DNA of 14,708 bases. It comes from a virus. Where the stretch lies: UHGV virus genome UHGV-1345802; one strand, given 5' to 3'. The position numbers were made by a program, and so were the translations under genes. Under the pieces are notes generated by a model that was not told the origin of the DNA, searched no databases, and was given only the letters and a program-made list of their open reading frames with translations. This document shows positions 6,559-13,540 of this stretch, piece by piece (positions within the stretch are counted from its first letter, which is position 1; every line of letters starts with the position of its first letter).

Positions 6559-7706
6559 TTGCGCCCCCTTGCCTCTGAAGGGTTCAGCGACAAATTTATG
6601 AGGCAGGCCAGCGCCGAAGCATCATTAATATAGTCATATAAGCTAACAGCCAGCGGAGATTCGGCTTTTGCCAACATAGGATAAAGCTGCTGCAGCCAGA
6701 CCTGATGAATTGATGAAATGTAGGAACAGAGAACGCTGGCGTTATGTGCAACGTCGCTCGGTACAGCAGGCTTTGAAAGCTGTTTCTCCATCTGGTTAAA
6801 GGCATTGATGTATGCCTCTTTGAACTTGGCAGCACGTTTACCCGTGAAACCCATAGCAAGAAACGCAAAACCGTCGCGGGTGATTTGGTAACAAGGGAGT
6901 TTGCGGCCTGATGCGTCGGTGTATTCACTTAACACAAAAATGTGTTCAGTAAATTCAGCGGAACATTCGAGGTTTCTAATTCTATCTAAAACCCGCTCAT
7001 GCCGTTTAGTAAAGTAATTAGCTACTGCAAGAGATGTGGTGACAACGCGACCATTGATAATCGTGATTTCAGGGTGAGATTGGGTTGGGAGAGTAGTCAT
7101 GGTGACAGCCCCTATGTTGAATTCAATGAACTCACCACCAAGGCTTTCCACGACCATATAGGTGGTGAGACGTACAGGGGTGGAAATACCGGTCAACATA
7201 GAACCCGGCCCAACCGAAGTTGGCCCTGCACGCCCCACCATAATTTGGGCGTAACGATGCTCATGACACGAAAAAACCGCATGAGCGCGGTTGTGCTCTA
7301 TATTGAATTTCGGGTTTCCACGCCCGGCACCCGCTTTATAAGGTGCCGGAACAGTGTAACGTCCCGGAATTGCAGAATCAATATGCTGGTGTTCCTTCAC
7401 ACTCAACAAAATCACGCCTGAATTTCCACAAAGGACTAAAGCACTCATGCGGGTAGTCTTTGCGAAGATAGATAACGCGCTGTGTTTCTGGCTCCCAACG
7501 AATAACATGGACATAAAGCCCTCTTCCGTCACGAAACCAGCGGTTAAGTTCCTGCACAACTCGCCCCCCACAGTCAGGTAAAGTTCTCTGTGGTTACTTA
7601 CAGCCAGGTGATTTGGTAATCTGCATTCATGCCGTAACAACAGGTGTTCAGCGACGCTGACCACCAGCTGTTGCGACAAACGGTTATTTGCCGTTAAACT
7701 GTTCAT
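6555..7706 (-). CDS. Rha-family phage regulatory protein with an unexplained ~200-aa N-terminal extension (possible fusion or two genes)
   Basis: Residues from the internal Met at 7100 (MTTLPTQSHPEITIINGRVVTTSLAVANYFTKRHERVLDRIRNL...) look like the Rha (pRha) domain. The frame is open upstream to an ATG at 7706 that overlaps the preceding stop (ATGA). The N-terminal 202 aa match no family I recognise. Confidence 0.6.
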   Translation of the reverse strand: MNSLTANNRLSQQLVVSVAEHLLLRHECRLPNHLAVSNHRELYLTVGGELCRNLTAGFVTEEGFMSMLFVGSQKHSALSIFAKTTRMSALVLCGNSGVILLSVKEHQHIDSAIPGRYTVPAPYKAGAGRGNPKFNIEHNRAHAVFSCHEHRYAQIMVGRAGPTSVGPGSMLTGISTPVRLTTYMVVESLGGEFIEFNIGAVTMTTLPTQSHPEITIINGRVVTTSLAVANYFTKRHERVLDRIRNLECSAEFTEHIFVLSEYTDASGRKLPCYQITRDGFAFLAMGFTGKRAAKFKEAYINAFNQMEKQLSKPAVPSDVAHNASVLCSYISSIHQVWLQQLYPMLAKAESPLAVSLYDYINDASALACLINLSLNPSEARGRK

Positions 7707-8365
7707 GCGTTAGTTTCTCCACAACCAGAAGCAATCGACGCCACGACGCCCGGAGCTGCACACTCGCGGGCGTTACTCTTTTCCGGCGCACAAAAAACAC
7801 GAAATAACAGTGTTAAATGCTCCTGCCACTTCGCCATTACTTGGTAGCTGTTCTCTTCGATTTGCTCACGCTCAGCCTGGTCAATAACTCCATCAGCAGT
7901 TGCCTTGCGTAAGTACTGGGAATGCTTGCCAATCCATTCTATTGACTCCATCAGCCGCTGATTAATGTCACCATTGTCAATGTCATCAATGTCCACCAGC
8001 GGCACAAACACCCCATTACAACGACGCGCTATCGCATCCGTTACATGCCTGGTACCACTGGCATCCTGTAAAACCATGGCCCACTCAAGTGGAAAAATTT
8101 GATCCCCACCGCTACGCAGTCTGTTATGCAATTGATCTTTCGCTGGGGTGATATCATCAGATTTATACAAACCAAGAATTTCCGCTGCTTCCTCATAGCC
8201 ATGAGGTAAATCAGCAATCGTTCTTCGTATTGCTGCCACCAGCCATGCTGGTTGCTTATCAACTTTCCATTCAGGTTCTTTACCCACGGTTAATTCCTCG
8301 TTTCTGTGGTTACGTTTACGCAGTTGAACCGCTAACTTTTTAATAGCACTCAGGTAATCCATCAT
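7703..8365 (-). CDS. CII-position regulatory protein (CII/YdaT-like, tentative)
   Basis: About 220 aa directly downstream of cro, the slot used by lysogeny-establishment regulators. Start is ambiguous (ATG 8365 or 8362, or ATG 8398); either overlaps the cro 3' end. Family is a tentative recollection. Confidence 0.4.
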   Translation of the reverse strand: MMDYLSAIKKLAVQLRKRNHRNEELTVGKEPEWKVDKQPAWLVAAIRRTIADLPHGYEEAAEILGLYKSDDITPAKDQLHNRLRSGGDQIFPLEWAMVLQDASGTRHVTDAIARRCNGVFVPLVDIDDIDNGDINQRLMESIEWIGKHSQYLRKATADGVIDQAEREQIEENSYQVMAKWQEHLTLLFRVFCAPEKSNARECAAPGVVASIASGCGETNA

Positions 8366-8579
8366 TTGGATTGGGGTAAATATCAGGACGCAGTTCATGA
8401 GGGGTCACGGACCAGTTTCCCAACTCACAAAGTTGTAAAACCCGTTCTGACGGGACTTGATTGTTAATTACCCAATTGGCGACGGATTGAGTGGACTTAA
8501 AACCAAAGCGACGGGCTACTTCAGATAAAGATTTTCCCGCAGCCTTTACTGCTTTCTCTGTGTAGTTTTGAGATGACAT
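8340..8579 (-). CDS. cro: Cro-type HTH repressor
   Basis: 79 aa with an HTH (SLSEVARRFGFKSTQSVANWV), divergent from the cI-like gene. ATG at 8579 has AGGAG about 7 nt upstream. Confidence 0.75.
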   Translation of the reverse strand: MSSQNYTEKAVKAAGKSLSEVARRFGFKSTQSVANWVINNQVPSERVLQLCELGNWSVTPHELRPDIYPNPNDGLPECY

Positions 8580-8587
8580 ACCTTTCT

Positions 8588-8649
8588 CCTCTGAAATTCA
8601 GAGGGATAATGCTACTTAAAATAGCAAATTGCAACTACTTAAAATAGAA
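8588..8649. promoter_or_regulatory. oR/pR-pRM divergent control region
   Basis: Candidate pR on the minus strand: -35 TTGCAA (8629-8634), 17-nt spacer, -10 CATTAT (complement of 8606-8611). Repeated CTACTTAAAATAG at 8612-8624 and 8635-8647. A 17-bp perfect palindrome CCTCTGAAATTCAGAGG (8588-8604) lies between the -10 and the cro Shine-Dalgarno. Confidence 0.55.
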
Positions 8650-9390
8650 ATGACTAGCGCGTGCGATGTGAGTAATCTTCTACCTATGGTAGAAGAACAG
8701 AAGTATCCAGATTTCGCCAAGAGACTAAACGAATTGATGACAATCAAAGGAATCTCTGTCACTCAACTCAAAAGTCTTGTGGGCGTTACATATGAAATGG
8801 CTCGTCGATACACAATCGGCGCAGCGAAGCCACGTGTCTCTGTCATGAGTAAACTTGCGTTGGCTCTTGGAGTATCAGCTTCATATCTAGAATATGGTGT
8901 TGGAGATAGAGAGGAATGTAAGGAAATGGCAAGCATCCCCAATCCAACAAAGCCCGATGTATACAGGATAGAAGTTTTGGATCTTAGCGTTAGCGCAGGA
9001 CCTGGGACCTATATGCTTTCAGACTATGTTGATGTGCTCTACGCCATTGAGTTCACAACTGAACATGCCCGTTCTCTTTTCGGAAACCGTTCTCAGAATG
9101 ATATAAAAGTTATGACGGTAAATGGAGATAGTATGTCCCCAACTCTTGTTTCCGGGGATCGATTGTTTGTCGACATTTCCGTTCGCCACTTCCAGACTGA
9201 TGGAGTTTACTCTTTCGTTTACGGTAAGACTTTCCATGTTAAACGTCTACAAATGCAAGGCAACAAACTAGCTGTTCTTTCGGATAACCCCGCCTATGAG
9301 AAATGGTACATTGATGAGAAGTCGCAAGATCAGCTTTATGTTATGGGTAAGGCACTGATTCATGAGTCGATTAAATATAATCGACTTTAA
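8650..9390 (+). CDS. cI: cI-type prophage repressor (HTH_XRE + S24 LexA-like peptidase)
   Basis: N-terminal HTH (LNELMTIKGISVTQLKSLVGVTYEMARRY) and a C-terminal S24 domain with GDSMSPTL and a downstream Lys (HVKRLQ). The start has no Shine-Dalgarno (ATG 8650 or ATG 8686; track start TTG 8629), consistent with a leaderless cI message. Confidence 0.85.
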   Translation: MTSACDVSNLLPMVEEQKYPDFAKRLNELMTIKGISVTQLKSLVGVTYEMARRYTIGAAKPRVSVMSKLALALGVSASYLEYGVGDREECKEMASIPNPTKPDVYRIEVLDLSVSAGPGTYMLSDYVDVLYAIEFTTEHARSLFGNRSQNDIKVMTVNGDSMSPTLVSGDRLFVDISVRHFQTDGVYSFVYGKTFHVKRLQMQGNKLAVLSDNPAYEKWYIDEKSQDQLYVMGKALIHESIKYNRL

Positions 9391-9624
9391 TTAGGCATCT
9401 AGCAATCGTTAAAGCAAACGAGCACAGATGATAAAAGATAAGGATAGAAAATCTTTATACAAATTTTATTTGGCACATTGGTCCATAAAAATGGATTAAC
9501 ACTGAGCTGTTACCCTAAGTAAGAAAAGATAAAGACCATATGTTATCTTTGGGTGCGTTACTAACACAAAAAAAACCAAAATAAAACATAAATAATAGAC
9601 AATTCTATACAACAGGATACGATA

Positions 9625-10710
9625 ATGATTAATGAACGTACTGAAGCGACAGATGGGGTAGCAGATATGATTTCCACCAATACAAAATATTTAGTATGGA
9701 ACAACAAAGGTGGTGTAGGAAAAACTTTTCTTACATATAATCTTGCCGTTGAGTTTGCTATATCTCATCCGGATCAAGATGTTGTGGTTATTGACTCATG
9801 CCCTCAATCAAACGTTTCAGAAATTATTCTTGGTGGCAATGGTACCGGGGAAGAAAATCTAAATAAATTGCGAGACAGAAATGTTACAATCGCAGGTTAT
9901 ATCAAGGAGCGTTTTAGCAAATCTCCTTTGTCTCGTTTAGGAAATGAATCTTCTTACTTTGTACGAGCCCATGATGTTAATGCAAAAATGCCAGAGAACT
10001 TATATATTCTTCCTGGTGATGTCGATCTTGATATCTGTTCACGCTTAATATCTCACATTGGCTCATCCCCAGTAAAAGAAGCATGGAAGAAAAGCCGATC
10101 TTTGCTGGTAGATCTAATAGCATCTTTTGAAGCCGATAAAAACATTTCTGACAGAGCAAAAACATTTTTTATTGATTGTAATCCAAGTTTTGCCAGCTAC
10201 ACAGAATTGGGAGTAGTCGCGGCAAATAGAATAATTATCCCTTGCACTGCCGATGCTGCATCAATTCGCGGAATAAAAAACCTTGTTAAACTTATTTATG
10301 GAGTGTCTATTGACAAGTCAGAACAAGATGAAATGTTCTTAGATTTCAACAAAGAAGCAAAGCAAAACCTTATCGAACTACCTGAACTACACCTTTTCGT
10401 ACAAAACCGCTCAAGAACTAATGAAAGTGATGCAGCAAAAGCATTCAAATCACATGCAGAAGAGATCAAAAGAATCACGGATGACCTGTTAAATACACAT
10501 CCTCATCTGTTCACAAATGTGGCTACTTTCGAGAGAGTTCAAAATGTCAAAGATGGTAATACTCTTGCAGCAATAATAAACCATGAGGGATGCCCTTTAA
10601 GTAGGCTGCAGCATAAGAGTTACACTATCTATGGTATGGCGACCCAAGCTAATAGAGCACAAATTGAAGCACTAGAATCTGATGTTTCAACAGTAGTCAA
10701 GTGTCTGTAA
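9625..10710 (+). CDS. Orphan ParA/MinD-family P-loop ATPase in the rex-equivalent position (candidate superinfection-exclusion or defence moron)
   Basis: Deviant Walker A NNKGGVGKT, then IDSCPQSN and FFIDCNPSF...IIIPCTADAASIRG matching ParA/Soj motifs; 361 aa with a long C-terminal extension. The gene and flanks are visibly AT-rich, and no ParB-like partner was seen. ATG at 9625 (AGGAT upstream); alternative ATG at 9670. Confidence 0.75.
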   Translation: MINERTEATDGVADMISTNTKYLVWNNKGGVGKTFLTYNLAVEFAISHPDQDVVVIDSCPQSNVSEIILGGNGTGEENLNKLRDRNVTIAGYIKERFSKSPLSRLGNESSYFVRAHDVNAKMPENLYILPGDVDLDICSRLISHIGSSPVKEAWKKSRSLLVDLIASFEADKNISDRAKTFFIDCNPSFASYTELGVVAANRIIIPCTADAASIRGIKNLVKLIYGVSIDKSEQDEMFLDFNKEAKQNLIELPELHLFVQNRSRTNESDAAKAFKSHAEEIKRITDDLLNTHPHLFTNVATFERVQNVKDGNTLAAIINHEGCPLSRLQHKSYTIYGMATQANRAQIEALESDVSTVVKCL

Positions 10711-10746
10711 TACAATAACCATGATTTAGAACGAACATAATTCTCG

Positions 10747-10770
10747 CCCGACCAACAGGTCGGGTTTTAT
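10747..10770 (+). terminator. Intrinsic terminator after the ParA-like gene (tImm-like)
   Basis: Stem CCCGACC (10747-10753) / GGTCGGG (10758-10764), loop AACA, followed by TTTTAT. Confidence 0.7.
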
Positions 10771-10985
10771 ACTCGTAGCCTGCTTAATAACACTGTTCCT
10801 GACCCGTTGTATCCATAGTTCCCACTATTTTCCCCAAAATTATTACTATCTAATTAACCTAATAATTAAACCAAAACAAAAGACACTCGATATTTTCTAT
10901 ACGTAACTACACCACATCCCCCCATCTGTGAAAAACCTTTTAATTCATAACGTTATATAGAAAACTAAAAATTAAATACACACTT

Positions 10986-11027
10986 CTACTTTTTGTTGTT
11001 GATTTTTGCTACTTTTAGTAGCATCAT
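10986..11027 (+). promoter_or_regulatory. Candidate pL/oL: near-duplicate of the pR/oR cassette
   Basis: -35 TTGATT (10999-11004), 17-nt spacer TTTGCTACTTTTAGTAG (differs from the pR spacer at 2 positions), -10 CATCAT (11022-11027). Operator-like CTACTT motifs at 10986-10995 and 11009-11021. Confidence 0.5.
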
Positions 11028-11037
11028 TATCTGAACA

Positions 11038-11054
11038 AACAACAGACTGTTGTT
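11038..11054. repeat. 17-bp perfect palindrome AACAACAGACTGTTGTT at the predicted start of the leftward early transcript
   Basis: Read directly from the sequence. Same position relative to the promoter as the unrelated palindrome at 8588-8604 downstream of pR. Confidence 0.5.
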
Positions 11055-11439
11055 AACGAAAGGTTGGTTGTAACACGGCGTATGGCACATGCGTCGTTAG
11101 CGGTCTGGGGACGTTAAAGGGGACAATCCACTCCTTGCTCGGGCAAACAAACCAGGTAGCCGGAATGTGCAAGTCAATGATGATGCTGATAAGACGCCTA
11201 ACCAGCGTGGCGATTCGGTTTGACGCTTGGGAAGAGACCAGGGTGCAACGATGAGGGCATTTATGGAGCCGCGACAAAGTGTGGTGCCGTAACTGGCTAA
11301 GTGCTCTCAGCGTTGTGGTAATCCGCGAAATGGCGCGGCGGTAAGTATGGCGGGGTTACTCTTTCCCCGTTGAGGACACCGGATTGTCAGGTTGACCATA
11401 CGCCTGAGTGACAACCCCACCACAACAGCCACTGCTTTG

Positions 11440-11485
11440 GCGGTACCAGTTTGTACACTTGCTTCCGGCTGGTACCGCTCTTTTT
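11440..11485 (+). terminator. Strong hairpin plus U-tract in the early-left leader (tL-like terminator or attenuator)
   Basis: 10-bp stem GCGGTACCAG (11440-11449) / CTGGTACCGC (11469-11478), 19-nt loop, followed by TCTTTTT. Confidence 0.5.
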
Positions 11486-11622
11486 ACAAAACAGAGAAGA
11501 GCATCACCGGACGACGGGCTCATAACCCAATCCATCCGGGCGGCTGCCACCGCAGGTGTTCTTCTCTGTTTTGTGGAGAAACCAACCGACCTTTCAGGGT
11601 CGATATGATGAGGAGCAGCAAA

Positions 11623-11985
11623 ATGGCTAGCGAACGCAGTACTGATGTGCAGGCATTTATCGGGGAGCTGGACGGCGGCGTATTTGAAACCAAAATCGGC
11701 GCAGTTCTCAGTGAAGTCGCTTCCGGTGTGATGAACACGAAAACCAAAGGTAAGGTCTCACTCAACCTGGAAATCGAACCATTTGATGAGAACCGTGTGA
11801 AAATCAAACACAAACTCTCATATGTTCGCCCGACTAACCGCGGCAAAATTTCCGAAGAAGACACCACCGAAACGCCGATGTATGTCAATCGCGGTGGTCG
11901 CCTGACTATTCTGCAGGAAGACCAGGGACAATTACTGACTCTTGCCGGTGAACCTGACGGAAAACTACGCGCAGCAGGTCATTAA
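11623..11985 (+). CDS. YfdP-like early-left protein (120 aa)
   Basis: ATG at 11623 with AGGAG 7 nt upstream; same length and gene order as the first gene of the CPS-53 yfdPQR cluster (recalled). The longer in-frame upstream extension in the ORF track starts at TTG and lacks a ribosome-binding site. Confidence 0.6.
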   Translation: MASERSTDVQAFIGELDGGVFETKIGAVLSEVASGVMNTKTKGKVSLNLEIEPFDENRVKIKHKLSYVRPTNRGKISEEDTTETPMYVNRGGRLTILQEDQGQLLTLAGEPDGKLRAAGH

Positions 11986-12050
11986 TATCGTTCTTAATTA
12001 ACTGATTATTTATCTCATCACTGAATATCTTTATATAGTGAGGACTTATT

Positions 12051-12875
12051 ATGTCTCAGAACTTAGACGCAACCGCAATTAATCAAATCCATGCCCTTAT
12101 TTCTGCTCAGGGTGTTAATGAAATTATCAGTAAGATTGGTGCCGATGCTGTGGCATTGCCTGAGAATTTCCGCATTCATGATCTGGAAAAATTTAATTTA
12201 AATCGCTTCCGTTTCCGTGGTGCGCTTTCCACTGCCAGCATCGATGACTTTACCCGTTATTCTAAAGATCTTGCAGATGAAGGCACCCGCTGCTTTATCG
12301 ATGCTGATAATATGCGTGCCGTCAGTGTACTTAACCTGGGTACTATTGATGAACCAGGTCACGCAGATAACACCGCCACTCTCAAACTGAAAAAGACAGC
12401 ACCGTTCTCTGCCCTGCTGTCTGTTAACGACGAGCGTAACTCCCAGAAGTCACTGGCAGAATGGATTGAAGACTGGGCCGACTACCTTGTGGGCTTTGAT
12501 GCTAATGGTGACGCTATTCAGGCAACAAAAGCGGCTGCGGCAGTCCGTAAAATCACGATTGAAGCAAACCAGACCGCTGATTTTGAAGATAATGACTTCA
12601 GCGGCAAACGCTCCCTGATGGAATCTGTCGAAGCGAAGACCAAAGACATTATGCCAGTGGCATTTGAATTTAAATGCGTTCCGTTTGAAGGTCTGAAAGA
12701 ACGTCCGTTTAAATTACGCCTCAGCATTATCACTGGCGATCGTCCTGTACTGGTTCTGCGCATTATTCAGCTGGAAGCGGTGCAGGAAGATATGGCTAAC
12801 GAATTTCGTGATCTGCTTGTTGAGAAATTCAAAGACAGCAAAGTAGAAACCTTTATTGGTACTTTCACCGCCTGA
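12051..12875 (+). CDS. YfdQ-like protein (DUF2303-type, 274 aa)
   Basis: ATG at 12051 preceded by GAGGA; length and position match YfdQ of prophage CPS-53 as recalled. Confidence 0.6.
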   Translation: MSQNLDATAINQIHALISAQGVNEIISKIGADAVALPENFRIHDLEKFNLNRFRFRGALSTASIDDFTRYSKDLADEGTRCFIDADNMRAVSVLNLGTIDEPGHADNTATLKLKKTAPFSALLSVNDERNSQKSLAEWIEDWADYLVGFDANGDAIQATKAAAAVRKITIEANQTADFEDNDFSGKRSLMESVEAKTKDIMPVAFEFKCVPFEGLKERPFKLRLSIITGDRPVLVLRIIQLEAVQEDMANEFRDLLVEKFKDSKVETFIGTFTA

Positions 12876-12887
12876 TTTCATTACTGC

Positions 12888-12909
12888 AAATGCCCCTGCG
12901 GGGGCATTT
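12888..12909 (+). terminator. Palindromic hairpin AAATGCCCC-TGCG-GGGGCATTT after the yfdQ-like gene (weak terminator or RNA-processing site)
   Basis: 9-bp arms with a 4-nt loop; only a short, interrupted U-tract follows. Confidence 0.35.
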
Positions 12910-13003
12910 ATGGAAACGTAATTAACTCAATAATCGCCGGATGGTGCGGGATTCCTTTTACCCGAATTCAGCGCGGTGCAGCGCATATAAAGTGGAGAAC
13001 GAA

Positions 13004-13540
13004 ATGTCATTTATTAAAACTTTTTCCGGGAAGCATTTTTATTATGACAAGATAAATAAAGACGACATCGTGATTAACGATATCGCGGTTTCCCTTTCAA
13101 ATATCTGTCGCTTTGCAGGACATCTTTCACACTTCTACAGTGTCGCCCAGCATGCGGTGCTTTGCAGCCAGCTGGTGCCGCAGGAATTTGCTTTTGAAGC
13201 GTTAATGCATGATGCAACAGAAGCGTATTGCCAGGACATCCCCGCACCACTGAAACGACTTCTTCCTGACTATAAACGGATGGAAGAAAAAATAGACGCC
13301 GTAATCCGTGAGAAATACGGGTTACCCCCGGTTATGAGTACACCCGTGAAATATGCCGATCTCATCATGCTGGCAACCGAACGCCGCGATCTCGGGCTTG
13401 ATGATGGCTCTTTCTGGCCAGTACTGGAAGGTATCCCGGCAACAGAAATGTTCAAAGTTATTCCACTGGCTCCGAGCCATGCCTACGGGATGTTTATGGA
13501 GCGCTTTAACGAGTTATCGGAGTTACGCACATGCGCATGA
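13004..13540 (+). CDS. HD-domain phosphohydrolase (YfdR-like 5'-deoxynucleotidase)
   Basis: H...HD motif (SVAQHA ... MHDATE) typical of the HD superfamily; 178 aa. ATG at 13004 with GGAG 6 nt upstream. Confidence 0.7.
   Translation: MSFIKTFSGKHFYYDKINKDDIVINDIAVSLSNICRFAGHLSHFYSVAQHAVLCSQLVPQEFAFEALMHDATEAYCQDIPAPLKRLLPDYKRMEEKIDAVIREKYGLPPVMSTPVKYADLIMLATERRDLGLDDGSFWPVLEGIPATEMFKVIPLAPSHAYGMFMERFNELSELRTCA

Noticed and set aside
6596-7421. ORFs 6596-6928 (-) and 6999-7421 (+) within the Rha-gene region
   Set aside because: The first is an alternative frame of the Rha domain. The second is antisense with a Cys/His/Arg-rich translation; it was considered as an explanation for the open 5' extension but does not look protein-like.
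8041-8262. 73-aa minus-strand ORF
   Set aside because: Alternative frame inside the CII-position gene.
9019-10478. Minus-strand ORFs 9019-9237, 9977-10165 and 10296-10478
   Set aside because: Antisense within cI and the ParA-like gene; typical AT-rich shadow ORFs.
10770-11620. Search for an N-like antiterminator gene with an Arg-rich N-terminus
   Set aside because: Only very short ORFs exist; the 25-codon MMMLIRRLTSVAIRF... ORF (11177-11254) has no Shine-Dalgarno and is not convincingly N-like.
11053-11888. ORFs 11053-11277 (-), 11356-11550 (-), 11408-11608 (+), 11520-11888 (-) and the 5' extension of 11392-11985
   Set aside because: No ribosome-binding sites, TTG or odd starts, and low-complexity translations. 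The region is treated as a non-coding leader, though a decayed pseudogene cannot be excluded.
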